From a virus (taxonomy: Duplodnaviria; Caudoviricetes): DNA of 64,000 nucleotides. The notes under the pieces were generated by a model that searched no databases, was not told the DNA's origin, and saw nothing but the letters and a program-made list of their open reading frames with translations. Numbering within the stretch: position 1 is the stretch's first letter; each line of letters opens with the position of its first letter. The stretch lies in IMG/VR virus record IMGVR_UViG_3300032007_000001; one strand, written 5' to 3'. The position numbers and the translations under genes were made by a program. Below, in pieces: positions 19,043 through 32,100 of the stretch.

Positions 19043-19642
19043 TTATAAAACATTCATATAATTTCTAGCTTTTTCTCTTATAACATTTCCACCAGTTGAT
19101 GGGTCGTCATGATTTGATGTATAATATGGACTTTCAGCTGTTCCAAGTAATTGCAAATCCCAACGTTCGCAACCGTTGTTTGGACCATACAAATCATCTT
19201 CATCATATAAATTTTCGTTGTCTCCAGCTTCACCATGTGTCATAACATTATTAATGTTAATATCAATTTGCAATTCCTTGCATATTATTGCTATAACTTG
19301 AGCCAAAGTATCAATTTGAGTTTCTGTTGGAGGATTTTCTCCCAAATCATTTGTTGTGGCGCCAACAGCACAACAAAGTGATACCCCAATTGTACCTGTA
19401 TTTAGTTTCCATGTATGAGATAATACATCAGCCAAATTATATGTAGAAACAAAAATTTCTCCATCGCCAGTTATACTTATATGATATTCATCAAAAAGTT
19501 GGTCCCACCAACCAGCTGTCCAATGGAGTATAATTTTTGGACAATCTAATCCTGCATAATTTGCATTTTCGTATAATTCCTCTTTGCTATTACTAGCAAT
19601 TTCTCTAATTTCGTCTAATGTTACTTGTTGCATTGTCGACAC
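19043..19642 (-). CDS. N-acetylmuramoyl-L-alanine amidase (Amidase_2 type)
   Basis: IILHWTAG, YHISI, SHTWKLNTGTIGVSL, TETQIDTL, VMTHGEA and RWDL. Confidence 0.88.
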   Translation of the reverse strand: MSTMQQVTLDEIREIASNSKEELYENANYAGLDCPKIILHWTAGWWDQLFDEYHISITGDGEIFVSTYNLADVLSHTWKLNTGTIGVSLCCAVGATTNDLGENPPTETQIDTLAQVIAIICKELQIDININNVMTHGEAGDNENLYDEDDLYGPNNGCERWDLQLLGTAESPYYTSNHDDPSTGGNVIREKARNYMNVL

Positions 19643-19654
19643 CTCTTTTCTAAA

Positions 19655-22600
19655 TTAAAATTCCAATTGTATTTTTTCACTACCGCTTTCATCTTCATTT
19701 TCTATAATTGAAGTATTGACGCGCTTAGCAAATTCACTTTGATTCATTGCTTCTTCTATTTTTTTCATCATTTCTTCTGCATCTTTGCCATCTTTCATAA
19801 TGCCAAAAATTTGCACTGTTCCAACATTTTCTTTTTCTGCTTTTCTAATTGCATCTTGTTGGGCTTGTAATGACGCTTTTTGAGCATCCAATTTTTGTTG
19901 TTGTTCTAATATTGATTTTTGAGATTCAATAACAGCATTCATTTCTTCTGTTGAACGTGTTCCAGAACGATATTGTTCTCTTATTTGCTTTCTTTTTTCA
20001 TCAGCACTAACATAATTGCTTCCAGAAACAACATTCATGTTATTGGAAAGTCCACCATAAGTTGGTGTTTTTCCAAGATATTTTGAAATGCTATTATAAA
20101 TACTGACATTGTTATTGAATTGTTCTATTGCTGTCATCGGTTTTGGAGGTTTGAATTGCAATTTTCCACTACCTGCTTGTGCACTTACATTAACTCCAAG
20201 TGCTCTTAAACCAGTTCCAATAGCGTCAAGCCAACCAACATTCGTTCCATTCTGGTCATTTGCCGCACCGGCTGGGCAATATTTCCTTTGAATAGCACCG
20301 ATTGTTTTAATGCCTTCATCAATATAATCTTCTTTTAACAAAACAGCTGCTCTTGTAATATTTTCTTCAACAGAAGAATCAACATGGTCATCCATTAAGC
20401 TATAAACATTATACGGTTCTCCATTACCCAATATTCCAGAAGTATCTCCGCCAAATCCATTTTCTGCATATGTAATGGCAGCAAAAAATGCTGGGTCAAT
20501 TCCATATTTACGTGCTGTATCAATAATAAATTGAGCTTTTCCTTTTAATACACCTTGTAAATGTGGTTCTAATTCTGCAGCTGTTATACCAGAATCAACA
20601 GTTACGTCATAATTACCAACATAACCACCGAGGCCAGACATTAATGGATTTGCTACAGTACCATCAGTTCTTGTTAACGGTTGTCTACCACCAGTTGGTC
20701 TTGCTTCTGGTCTATTATCATTACCAGACCAATTTATATCTACGTGAACATTTCCAGTTCCTTCGTCTTCGATAATTGCCGCATAACCATTTGCATGACA
20801 CCATTGAATTATCCATTCCATATCATCTGAGACAACGTCGGTCTTCCAACCAGTATGATGACTATATTCACCACCAGCATGAACAAATGTTTCGGCACCA
20901 CCAGTCATTTCAATTAATTCTCCGCCGTGTGCATCCTTATACGCTCTAGCTAATGCATTCATACCAGCAATTGATTCAGGACGAAGCGTAGACCACTTGG
21001 TTAATTCATCTTCCCAATCATGATTATGCAACATAATGCTTCTATCTAAAGAAGATGAATTTTCTAATCCAATTTGTTGTCTGTTATTATAATTTTGATT
21101 AACGTAATTCATTAAATCTGAATTAACAGATGGCTCATTTTTAACTACACCAGCAATATGTTGCCAGAGTTCGGTTGCTCCTCCAGCTGTCATATTTTTA
21201 AGTTCAAAATTAATAATATCGTCATCTGTCATATCTGGATTCGAAGCATATTTGGGATTTTTCTTTTTTGCCCATTCTAATACATTTCTCTTTATTCTTT
21301 GAGCAAACGGAGTATCTTTACCTGCCAATTCTCTCAAGTAAGCAGCTTCATTTTCCCAATATTGTTTATCTGTACTTCCAGCATTAGGATGATAATAATA
21401 ATTAGCCAAATGAGTGTATAAAATATTTAATTCATCATCATCTTCATAATTATTTGCATACGTTTCAAAGAATTTACCTAATATGTTATTATCAGACATT
21501 TTACTATCTAAAACGGCTGTGTTTTGATTTATAGCTCTTCTGTTTATTGCCAATGCCTGCATCAGTTGTTTTAATGTAACGTTTTGGTCTTGCAACTGTT
21601 TGACCATTTCTTTTAATATCTTTTTCTGTGTATCATTTAATTTACTTAAGTCTATTCCATTATCTTTTAAGTATGTTCTTAAAAATTCTCCTTGGTCCGT
21701 TTCAGATTCAATAACTTTCATAATGTCAATTCCTCTAATTTCGGAATTTTCATTCATGCAAGCTACCCAATCCGCTGTTGCTTCATCAAATTTTTCTCCC
21801 ATACCAAGATAATCTTTTATGGCATCTCCGCCTTTGCCACCTAACCAGCCACCGACCATGCTACCTAACACAAATCCAACACCAGGAATTGGAATTAATA
21901 CCTGTCCAATTGCGCCACCAATAGCGCCACCGGCTACTGATGTACCAGTACCAATTGCAACTCTTGCTAATCGTTCTTTCCAAGAACGTTGATTGCCAGA
22001 CATTGCATCTCCAAATTCTCCAATGGTTTCGCCAAGAGCCGATAACATCCAATATTCTCTTCCAAGATTTCTTGCACCAGAAGCAATGCTTTTCATCATG
22101 CTTGGGTCAAGATTCCTGAGCGCGCTCCAATTTGTTGAAAATGCATTTTTTGTATTTCTCAACGAAGATATAATTTGATTACCAGTACCAGTTTTTAATG
22201 CTCCCCCAAATTTTCTAATATCATCCCAAGAATTTAATCTTATATCACTTAAACTAGAATTAAAAGTACGTTTTAATTGGTTTACAATTTCAACTGGTAC
22301 TTTTCCTTCCATTTCACTGGCTCTAGCTAATTGTGACATTAATTTATTAGGAAGCTTTCTAAAATGACGCAAATCTCCTCTTTTTAGTGACATCCAAAGT
22401 GCATGACGAACGCCACCACCAGCGGCAGAAAGAGGAGCCAAAACATTTCCAATATATGGAGACGCCATATATATTGCACCAGCACCAAGACCAAGATTGA
22501 TTGCATAATTCATAAAATCCGATTCATCTTCGTTGCCTTCCATGGAATGCATTATTTCATCATAATTTGCAATCTGTACTTTCGCTCTACCGGATTTCAT

Positions 22601-25600
22601 AAATTGAATAAATCCAGTATGATTGTCTTGCATTGATGGTGTTCCTTCATCAACATTTTCTTCAGCTTCGCCACGCTTATTAAGCCAATATAATGTCGCT
22701 GCTGAGGCTCCAGCTAATGCCAAACCAGTCCAACCTTTCCCGCCACCAGTTGGACGTGATTTTGTAACCAAATTTTTAACCTGGTTCATTGCACCTTTAC
22801 CCATATATTTAATGCCTTGATATCCAGCACCAAGAGCAAATAAAGTCGTGCCAAGACCAAGAATTGGATTGTTCCCGATAGTTCTTGTAATATTTTGTAC
22901 TGTTTTGTTGTTTGCTAATTCATTTAACCAATGCGCAATCTTTCCTGCCCATTCTGGAAGTTTTTCAAGCAATTCATTTATTTGTTTTACTGCGCCTTCC
23001 AACAATGGATTTATTTTTGTTTGCCAAATATATGCCAAACGCATTAATGCATCTTCTCTTTCAGCTACCATTAATTGCGTTTTTGCTAATTGCGAAGCCA
23101 TTATGGCTAATTCTTTATCAGCATCTGATATTGAATCAGCTAAATCTATTTTTTTCTTTTCGTCTCTTTCTTTTTTACCAACTAAAAATTCTTTTATTTC
23201 ATCAGTTTTTCCTTCTTGCTTCATCGCTGTCAATTGTGCAATTTCTTTTTCAGAATACCCATCTTGTTTTAATAGATTCTGAAAATTATATAAAGAAAGA
23301 CTATTATTTCCTCCTAAGAAATTATCAAACATGGTATATTTTGCTAACATGGCATTTCCCATGTTTTCTTTCCAATCTCCAACTTGGTTGCCATTTCTAT
23401 CCATGAATATGCGACCACGAAGCATTGCGGAATACATTCCTCCGCCCCAACCTGACATCATTCCCCAATACATGGATTGAGACGTATTTTTACCAAAATT
23501 CAATTCTATTTGAGATGTTTTTATCATTAAATTAACAGCATCTGTCATATTCATTCCAGATTGTGTGGCAGAAGCAATAACATCGGTAGCTTTTTCAGCA
23601 TCAATACCCAATTCTCTTGCTCTTGTTACCATACTCTTAATATTTTCAAAAAACATCTTAGTAGACATACCGGATGATTTTGCCTGTTCAACCATATTCG
23701 CTATAATTGTAGCTGTTGTTTTAGCATCTTGTCCAGAATCTTTATAGAAATATTTGATTAAAAAGTCAAAATCATTATTATCCAAACCACTTGTTTCTTT
23801 CAATGAGAATAAATTTTCAGCAAAGAAAGACATGTCGCTTCTATTAGCTTCTGGTGTTGAATTATATCTGCCACCAATATTTCTAGCTAATGACATATAA
23901 AATTTTGTTGGAGCGTCTGCACCAATCATAGCGCCAGAAAGGTATTGATAATATCTACCAGTGTTATATATACGACTCAAATTAGCATTTGAAGCAATAT
24001 CTGCACCAAGAGATATGTCTGTTCTTGCCGCTTGATACATTAACATATCATTTGATACTGCTTTTGAAACGCTATCCTTGAATAATCCTCCTAATGATAG
24101 CATATTGGATAATCCCATTACACCAAATATGCTAAGCAAGAAAGATTTTCCGCCACCCAAAAATCCACCGATTTTTGAAGCCATCGTTAAAATGTTTTCG
24201 CCATTTTTTAAGTCGTTTATTTCATTATTTCTTTGAACTAGTTCTTCATTTAATTTTTTAACTTGTTCTATATCGTCTTTATCTAAATTAAGAATTTGCA
24301 TTGCATTAAGAACTTGCAATGTATTATTAATTTGTTGCTGAATTTCTTTTTGTTTTAAGTCAAGAGAACTTTTATCTACCTTGAAAAAATTTGATAATTT
24401 ATTTGGAATGGTTCTATCCAATACATTTCTTGCATCCAAACCGACAGAATGAGAAATAGAACGAGTAAGATTTCCAATTGTTTTTGTATTTGTTAAACCA
24501 CTTATTTGTCCTTGACGTTTTGTTATGTTTTGTCTTGTATATAATGATACCTTAAATTTATTTATTTTATCATTCCTTGCGGTTTCTGTTTCAGCATGCA
24601 ATATATCATCAATATTCATCCCGGTAGGTTGAATTTGAGAAATAAAGTGTTTTGCAATATCATTAGCACTTAATATACTTTCTTGCGAGGCTCCAGCTCT
24701 TAACGTTTTATTAAAATTTGCATTGCTTTGTTCTATCATATCCACAACAGTATATGACATATTATCCAAAGCTATCGTTGACGTTTGTACTGGACTTGCT
24801 ATTTTTTTCCCTTTTGTTTCAAAAGTACTTACATTTTTTCTTATATCTTGTAAATTTTCAACATTTTGATATGCTTTTAATGTTTGGTCATATCCCTTAA
24901 CAGCATTCTCAAGATTTGAAAATTTTCTATTAGAAATTTGATTAAGAATATTATTTGATTCTTTTATTTGTTCATCTATATTATCTATTACTTTTTTTGC
25001 TGAAATATTGGGTTCGTTTTGAATATCTTTTAATTCTTCAAATAATTTCTCTAATTTTGCAGTAGAAATTTCCTTATTATCCAATTCCTCAATGCCAACT
25101 TGAAAATCTTTAGATAAATCAAAGGTTACAAGTGACTTAATATCATTTATATTTTTAGATATTCCGCTTTTGAAAACGTCAAAAGATGCAGAAGACATTT
25201 GTGGTTCATTTTGATTTTGTAAATCACCACTTAATCCTTGCATATCTTTTTGTGCATTTTCAACCTTGCTTTGAGATAAGCGTATTCTATTAATGCAATT
25301 TTCACAATGACGTTTTAATTCATTAGAATCACTATTGTTCATTGCTGAAATCAATTTATTTTTGAATTCCGATATTGAACTTAAAACATCTATGTTTGTT
25401 TCTTTTGTTTCTATTTTTGTATTTGATAATTTTCTTAAATGACTGAATAATTGATTATATGCACTTAATTCAAATGAAGTATGTTGTACAGAATTAAGAT
25501 TACATGTTTCTTTACTTGCATACTCTAATGTTGTTGCTACTTCACCTAATTGTTTTACTGTTTCTTTATCTTCAAAATCGCAGGTGACTAAAAGATTGGT

Positions 25601-25660
25601 AACTTGCAATAATAAATCATTAAATTGATTAAAATTTCTTTCTAATACTTGTACATCCAA
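19655..25660 (-). CDS. Tape-measure-like protein A with M15-like peptidase and glucosaminidase/lysozyme-like domains
   Basis: 2001 aa, helical with Gly-rich hydrophobic blocks; SHHTGWKTD...HVDI and ARKYGIDPAFFAAITYAENG...IQRKYCP. Confidence 0.8.
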   Translation of the reverse strand: MDVQVLERNFNQFNDLLLQVTNLLVTCDFEDKETVKQLGEVATTLEYASKETCNLNSVQHTSFELSAYNQLFSHLRKLSNTKIETKETNIDVLSSISEFKNKLISAMNNSDSNELKRHCENCINRIRLSQSKVENAQKDMQGLSGDLQNQNEPQMSSASFDVFKSGISKNINDIKSLVTFDLSKDFQVGIEELDNKEISTAKLEKLFEELKDIQNEPNISAKKVIDNIDEQIKESNNILNQISNRKFSNLENAVKGYDQTLKAYQNVENLQDIRKNVSTFETKGKKIASPVQTSTIALDNMSYTVVDMIEQSNANFNKTLRAGASQESILSANDIAKHFISQIQPTGMNIDDILHAETETARNDKINKFKVSLYTRQNITKRQGQISGLTNTKTIGNLTRSISHSVGLDARNVLDRTIPNKLSNFFKVDKSSLDLKQKEIQQQINNTLQVLNAMQILNLDKDDIEQVKKLNEELVQRNNEINDLKNGENILTMASKIGGFLGGGKSFLLSIFGVMGLSNMLSLGGLFKDSVSKAVSNDMLMYQAARTDISLGADIASNANLSRIYNTGRYYQYLSGAMIGADAPTKFYMSLARNIGGRYNSTPEANRSDMSFFAENLFSLKETSGLDNNDFDFLIKYFYKDSGQDAKTTATIIANMVEQAKSSGMSTKMFFENIKSMVTRARELGIDAEKATDVIASATQSGMNMTDAVNLMIKTSQIELNFGKNTSQSMYWGMMSGWGGGMYSAMLRGRIFMDRNGNQVGDWKENMGNAMLAKYTMFDNFLGGNNSLSLYNFQNLLKQDGYSEKEIAQLTAMKQEGKTDEIKEFLVGKKERDEKKKIDLADSISDADKELAIMASQLAKTQLMVAEREDALMRLAYIWQTKINPLLEGAVKQINELLEKLPEWAGKIAHWLNELANNKTVQNITRTIGNNPILGLGTTLFALGAGYQGIKYMGKGAMNQVKNLVTKSRPTGGGKGWTGLALAGASAATLYWLNKRGEAEENVDEGTPSMQDNHTGFIQFMKSGRAKVQIANYDEIMHSMEGNEDESDFMNYAINLGLGAGAIYMASPYIGNVLAPLSAAGGGVRHALWMSLKRGDLRHFRKLPNKLMSQLARASEMEGKVPVEIVNQLKRTFNSSLSDIRLNSWDDIRKFGGALKTGTGNQIISSLRNTKNAFSTNWSALRNLDPSMMKSIASGARNLGREYWMLSALGETIGEFGDAMSGNQRSWKERLARVAIGTGTSVAGGAIGGAIGQVLIPIPGVGFVLGSMVGGWLGGKGGDAIKDYLGMGEKFDEATADWVACMNENSEIRGIDIMKVIESETDQGEFLRTYLKDNGIDLSKLNDTQKKILKEMVKQLQDQNVTLKQLMQALAINRRAINQNTAVLDSKMSDNNILGKFFETYANNYEDDDELNILYTHLANYYYHPNAGSTDKQYWENEAAYLRELAGKDTPFAQRIKRNVLEWAKKKNPKYASNPDMTDDDIINFELKNMTAGGATELWQHIAGVVKNEPSVNSDLMNYVNQNYNNRQQIGLENSSSLDRSIMLHNHDWEDELTKWSTLRPESIAGMNALARAYKDAHGGELIEMTGGAETFVHAGGEYSHHTGWKTDVVSDDMEWIIQWCHANGYAAIIEDEGTGNVHVDINWSGNDNRPEARPTGGRQPLTRTDGTVANPLMSGLGGYVGNYDVTVDSGITAAELEPHLQGVLKGKAQFIIDTARKYGIDPAFFAAITYAENGFGGDTSGILGNGEPYNVYSLMDDHVDSSVEENITRAAVLLKEDYIDEGIKTIGAIQRKYCPAGAANDQNGTNVGWLDAIGTGLRALGVNVSAQAGSGKLQFKPPKPMTAIEQFNNNVSIYNSISKYLGKTPTYGGLSNNMNVVSGSNYVSADEKRKQIREQYRSGTRSTEEMNAVIESQKSILEQQQKLDAQKASLQAQQDAIRKAEKENVGTVQIFGIMKDGKDAEEMMKKIEEAMNQSEFAKRVNTSIIENEDESGSEKIQLEF

Positions 25661-25724
25661 TCTTTTTCACCTCTTTTTACAATTACTCTAAAATAAGAAT
25701 AAAAAAAACAAACGCAATAAAAAC

Positions 25725-25750
25725 AAAAAGCCGCTAAAAAGCGGCTTTCT
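25725..25750 (-). terminator. Terminator between the short chaperone and TMP-A
   Basis: AAAGCCGC-taaaaa-GCGGCTTT; on the minus strand it is followed by a U-run. Confidence 0.8.
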
Positions 25751-25763
25751 TTTTAAGAAAATT

Positions 25764-26114
25764 TTACTTCTTTTCTTCTAATTCTTTTTCTTTCTTCGCT
25801 CTTTCTACATCATATAAACGATACAGTGTTGAAGTAATGAAAGGATTAACTCTATCAAACAAAGCATTTTTATCATCTTGTGATAACACTTCATCATTAA
25901 TAGATACCAAAGCTTCTTTCATTGTTTCGGCTTGCATTTTGAACATGCGAGATACCATATCGTTATCACTAGAATTTTCAAGAGTAGCTGTATGTTCTTT
26001 TGAATTAAGAATCTTAAATGTCCACTTCTTATCAAATCTATTGATTTCTATCTGACCAGTACCCAATGATACGATATCTTCTATCATTTTCTCTACATCG
26101 TTTACGTTTTTCAT
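25764..26114 (-). CDS. Tail assembly chaperone, short (gpG-like) form
   Basis: 116 aa, paralogous to the N-terminus of 38444..39343 (FDKKWTFKILNSKEH vs FDKTWVFRTLSPQEH; EALVSIND vs KALLSING); lies next to tape-measure genes. Confidence 0.6.
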   Translation of the reverse strand: MKNVNDVEKMIEDIVSLGTGQIEINRFDKKWTFKILNSKEHTATLENSSDNDMVSRMFKMQAETMKEALVSINDEVLSQDDKNALFDRVNPFITSTLYRLYDVERAKKEKELEEKK

Positions 26115-26193
26115 TGAAAAATCAGTCCTTTACATATTTCTGCTAATTTAATATAGATAAAACGCACAACTATAATATTTATCCAAACATTTT

Positions 26194-29100
26194 TTACGCA
26201 ATTGCACTATCACTTACAATTTCTACATCATCCATAAATTCTTCGGCGATTTCTTGTATTATTTTCACTAATGTACTTTTGTCTTTTGGTTTTTCTGTTA
26301 ATTTCGGTTCTGTTTTTAATAATTCACTTACAGATGAAAGTTTTTCCATAACATTGTCCATTCTTGCTTTTATTTCTGTTTCTGACATTCCCATATTACC
26401 CATTATTTCTTTTCGTTTTTCATCAACGGATTGGTAACTTTGCGTTGGGTCGACATTCATATTATCTGTAAGTCCACCGTAAGTAACTTTACCACCAGAA
26501 GCATATTCTGCTATTTTTGACATATCATTTACTTGTTCTTGCAATGGACGGTCATCTTTTGGTTTTCCTTGTGGAAGATTTAACATCTGACCTGGTGAAT
26601 ACATTGAACTTCCGCCACCAGTTTTTATAACGTATGTTGGGTCTTTATAATATTCATCATCATGTACAACCATGTTTCTTCCAGAACTGTTTCCGTATAT
26701 ACCACCTGCACCATCAGCTATATTAACGTGTTGATAATCACTACCATCATCTGTCATATATACTAAAACGTCGCCGCGTTGTACATTGCTTCCATTATAT
26801 ACTTGTAACAATCCTCTTGCATTTGCGTCATTTGCAAGTTGTTCTACACCAACAACACCTTTATCCAATTCTTCTTTTAAGAAAGAATTATAATAAGCGC
26901 CAATTTTTGTAGCAGCTTCAACACACCCGACGGTACCATTGTCCATCGTTACACCGGCATATCTCTGATAACCTTGTTCAAGTAAATCATTTCCACCGGT
27001 TAAAACGCCATTATCAATACTGAAATAACTTGTTGCACCGCCACCACCTGAAGAACCGCCACTAAGACTTCCACTTCCGGCAACACCCATTCTTCTCATA
27101 ACAGAGTCTGCATACTCATTAATAGAAGGATATTCGGTACCGTCCCAACTTTGTACTCTGCTTTTTTCTTCTTCACTATAACTTACAGCTCCTTCTCCTC
27201 CATACCAAGCAATCGCTACGTCTCGCCAATTTCCGAATTTTCTATAATACTCCAACATTTTATATCTTGCAACATAGTTTTGGTTTTCCGGTGTCATTGG
27301 AGCGCCGGAACCAAGTCCAGCAGCCTCTGCCCAATATGGCCAATTTTCTGGCATAATTTGGAAAGCGCCAGAAGCACCAGAATCGCTATTAATAAGGTCG
27401 TAATCTCCACCAGATTCTTGTCCCATAATAGCACGCATAAAAGCGTCTACTCCTTCTATTCCAGCAGAAGAACCTCCTAAAGAAAAACCTCCCATCATTG
27501 CTTTCATTTTTGCTTCTGTATTGGCTGCAATATAATCATTCAATTCTCCTTGGTCTTTTAATGAAAGTGCTAACATGGAATATGCTTTTTTTAATTCGCT
27601 GGCAGAAATTACCTGTAAAGCTTCGCCATTGTAAACTTCTCCAAGAATTTTAGCTATATTACCAATTTCATAATTTTTTACCATTTCATGATAATTGTTT
27701 GCTTGTTTGAACCAAAAACCATCTTCATCTTCTGGATTTTCGTCCATATGATAATAATAGTTAGCTAGCATTTCATATTTATCTTTATCTTCACCACTAA
27801 GACCTTGAGCTTTTTTAGCAAACCAATTCGCCTTTACTGTATTGTCTTCCCATTCTTTTGTTAATGCTTCTCTTATTTTCTTTCTTAATTCTGGAGTATT
27901 AAATGGATTATTTTTTAATGAACGTGAAGCTAAAAACATAGCTGCTTGGTCATCATCGTACATTTTCTTAAATTCTTTATATTTATCCAACCAAAGTCTT
28001 TGTTGGTCATCATTCATTTTTCTCCAATCCATCCCATGATTAGCTAAACTTATTGATACTAGAGAAGAAAATTCTCTATTTGACAATCCAAGCGCCATTG
28101 CTGCTTCCCCAAATGTATTGGATTGGACAAATAAACTTTCTTTTTTATCTTCATGATTTCTTAATAATTCTTCATCTTCTGATAATGGTGACATTGACCC
28201 AAAATTTTGTGCAGAACGTTCATCCATTATGCCAAAATTTCTATTTAATGCCATATTTTGATTCAAATATGTTTGGTAATAATTAGCAAGCATTTGTCTT
28301 TGACTCGAATCTTGTCCTTCCATTTCCAATGGAGATGCTTCTGCGACAGACGGAGACAAATAATCTAATGCAAACGGAGCCATACTACCAACAAAAGCAC
28401 CACCACGTCTGAACGTATTAATAAATTGTGCTGGGTTTTTAACGTGAAATTTTGTTGCTAATACAGTTGCTAATGCACCCATACCAATTTCACCAGCCAA
28501 TTCAGAGCCTGACATGATTAAAGTATCTTTACCAATTTCGCTTAAATCCATATCTCCGTCGCCAAAAAAACCCTCGAATGCAACGTTCATAAGTAAATTT
28601 GTACCGAAGTTTTTACCAGCGCTTCTCCATGTTGTGCGTTCAACAAGCTTGCCAGCTCTAGCCATAGCTTCTCTTCGTCTTTGAGCTTTTGAAAGTTTAC
28701 CCATTTTTCCAGCATTTCTGGAAAACATATTTTTTAATCCGCCAAGTTTTCCTCTGCCTTTAAATAATGAATATCCGGTTACTGCTGCCAAAGCCAAAGC
28801 TGCAGCTCCACCAATTAATCTGTTTTTATCTTTATCTACTAATTGAACTTTTGCATCACCAGAACGTAAAAATTCGTCTAATTTTTGTTCTTCGGATTTA
28901 GCTGAATGTTCAGCTATAACGTCTTGTAGTGTCGTTGCTCCTGCGAAAATAGCAGCTAACAACATTGTTTTTTGTCCTCTTCCAAGACCATCTAAATGAG
29001 AAATTACATTCGTTACTAAACTTTTTTCTGCATTCGTTGCTGGAGCAGAGGTTAATAATTTCATAGGTAAAGAAGCCAAATTTTTAAGAAGTTTCGTTCC

Positions 29101-32100
29101 AACATATTTAGCTATTCTTCCACCAGTATAAAGCATAAGCAAGGAAGCGACTGGATGATTTTCAAAAAATTCCCATGCTTTTTTTCCAAGTTTTGATTCC
29201 AAAAATTTAGAAATCAATTCTGACATTTTATTATAGAATTCTTCAACTTTTTCTGTTAATTTTTTAACTATATCACTTAATGAATCATTAAAATTAACAT
29301 GAAGCATATGTGCAATTCTATTGATAGAAGACATATATTTTGCTTCTAATTTTTGTACTTCGCTTAATTCATTTGCGGCTGTTCCTAATGCAGCTACATA
29401 ATTTTCCATAGAAGCTATTGGAGCATTTGGGTCTTTTGCTTGGTCTATAGATTTTAATTTTTCTTTTAATGCATCTATACCTTGTGTTTGCGCAATTCCC
29501 AATAATTCAACAGAATCTTTTTCACTGTAGCCATTTTCACGCAGTCTATCGACAAAAGTCATTTGTCCGACGTTATCGTTTATTTCTCCGAACATTGTCG
29601 CTTGCGCAAAAATGCGGTCAACCATTTTATCATAATATTCATTATTAATATTACCAAAACGGTCAATTGGAATTAAAGCAGATGTAACAGCATCAGCAGC
29701 ACTAGATTCACCTGTTAGCATTCCAAAAAACATATTCTTTCCCCAATTTTTTGAAGAAGTTGCTTGCCAACCAGAGGCTGCTTTACCAGTAGAAGCTATT
29801 ATAGAACCTATATCTTGAATTAACAGATTCGTTGTTTCTGAAAATGAGCCCATAATTCCAGTTACTCTCATTTCAGAAAATCCCATTTCTCTGTAATTTT
29901 TTGCTAGTGGCGCTATTATATCTGCTAACGTATCAACACTGACATTATTTTGGATTGCCATCATTTCCATTTTTCTAAAATGTTTTACAGTATCTTCTGC
30001 AGACAATCCCAAATCTCTATAAAATGACGTTACAAATTTCGTTATACTGGCATCACTAACGCCAAACAATTCCTTGTCTGCTGCTAATTGAGTTGCCATA
30101 TAACGCATATCAGCTTGATTTTGGCTAATTGTATTAAAACGATTCCCACCAACATTGTTATATAAATTCATATATAAGTTCTGTACAAATGGAAAATCCA
30201 TAGAACCATATGTCAAATCATAATATGCTTGTGAAGCTCTATATGAAAGTGCATCATTTGATTCTCTATTAATTGGAGCACCATGTGCTATATCTGTTCT
30301 TGATAAATTATAATTGGCTAATCCAAGTTGTTGCATCCTATTTATTACGTCACTTGGAGCTTTTGTAATTAAATCTAAAATTGAATTTCCGCCCATCATC
30401 ATTGCTGTAGAACCAGCAACCATAGCAAAAAATGTTTTGCTAGATGAAAAGAAATCTTTCATTGTATCAACAAAACTTTTTGAAGCTGTTTTAATATCAT
30501 TTATTCTTTCTTTTGAATCTGCTAATTTTTTCCTTATTTCCTTAAATTGTTTCAAATAAGGAGAATCAACATTGACTCTTTCCAATTGATTAATTATTAT
30601 GCTATAATTGTTAATCAATTTATCTAAATTCTTATCATATATATCTAAAACTTTTATATCAGATTGATTGAAATTATTGATTACATTAAATTGGTTTATC
30701 AATCCAATTTGTTGTTCTGATGCTTTTAATAAAGTTCCTCCCATTCCTTCGACTATTTTGGAAAGAGATTCATCACTTACTATACCGTTATTAAATAATT
30801 CATCAAATTCATGCATATGTTCTTTCAATGAATTATCAGTTTCATATAACGTTCTTGACATATCCAAATTATTTGCATAGAATTTTTCATTCATTATGTT
30901 TGTATTTGGAATCATAAAAACGTCAGAATATAATTTAGATGAAACGCCAATTTTACTTAAATCGTTTTTAACTTCATCATCAAGCATTCCACCTTGTTTT
31001 ATATATTTTAACTGATTCTTGAATGCTTCATGACTGAAATTAATTTCATCCAATTCACTAAATTGTAAAAGTTTCGTATTTGCTTCTATTTCTTCTGGTA
31101 TTTTTTCAATTAATCTATCTAATTCTTGTATTTTTTTCTTTGCATCATCAGTCAATGAATCATAATCTGTCTTTTCATCCATGACTTCTTTTAATGCTTC
31201 TGTTCCTTTGGAAAAAATATCATCTAATTTATGAGATACTTCCAAAAATTTTTTTAAGTATTTATTTGAACCGTCTTTTGTTTTTAAGTGATTTATTTTT
31301 TCTCTAACGCCATCAGATAATTCTTTTACAGAAGAAATATAATCAAGCATAACTTCATTTGTTTTATCTTCTGACTTAAAATCAATTAGTTTTTCTTTTA
31401 AGTTTTTAACATTTTCATGAACGTCTGAAATTCCTCTTAGAAGAACTATGCTATCGTCCAAAAATCTTTCATCTATTTTACGTTTTGGCGTTTGTAATTC
31501 TTCATGAGAATGTTGTAATTCTGATGTTGATTTTTCTAAATCTCTTATAATTTTTTCAATATTTAATTTTTTTGTTTTTACATCATAATCTATTTTTGTT
31601 CCATTAGCAAATTTTGGCATTGCATCAAAAAACTTTGTCTGGTCAGAACTTATTTTATCTGCTAATGCACTTACTTTTCTATCATCTATAAAACTTCCAA
31701 CATGGTCAGATACTTTTGCTATTGAATTGGCAACATCATCTTTTTTATTAGCAATTTGTTGCAACGATGCTTGAAGAGAATCAACGATGGACGTATCTAA
31801 TCCAGTATGCATTGATTCATTAAATTCTTCTTTCAAAACCAAAAAAGCAGAATCTAATGTTTTTTCGATTTCTTGGATTGCTGATATATCTTGTTTTACT
31901 AATTGTTCTACGTCTATTAATTTTTTTGCATCAGAAACTAAGCTAATTGTTTGGTCTAACCATTCAATTAACATTCCCAATTCCTGTTTTGCTTTATTTT
32001 CAGTTAATTTTTCAATAGTTTCTAATAAACTGCTTTTTGTTTTTTCAATTTGTCCTTCGAGCACATTCATTTTATTAGATAAAATTTTTTGTGCTTTTAC

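Noticed and set aside
25661-25790. Programmed -1 frameshift at the end of the short chaperone
   Set aside because: There is no downstream T ORF; a terminator follows and TMP-A starts about 100 bp later.
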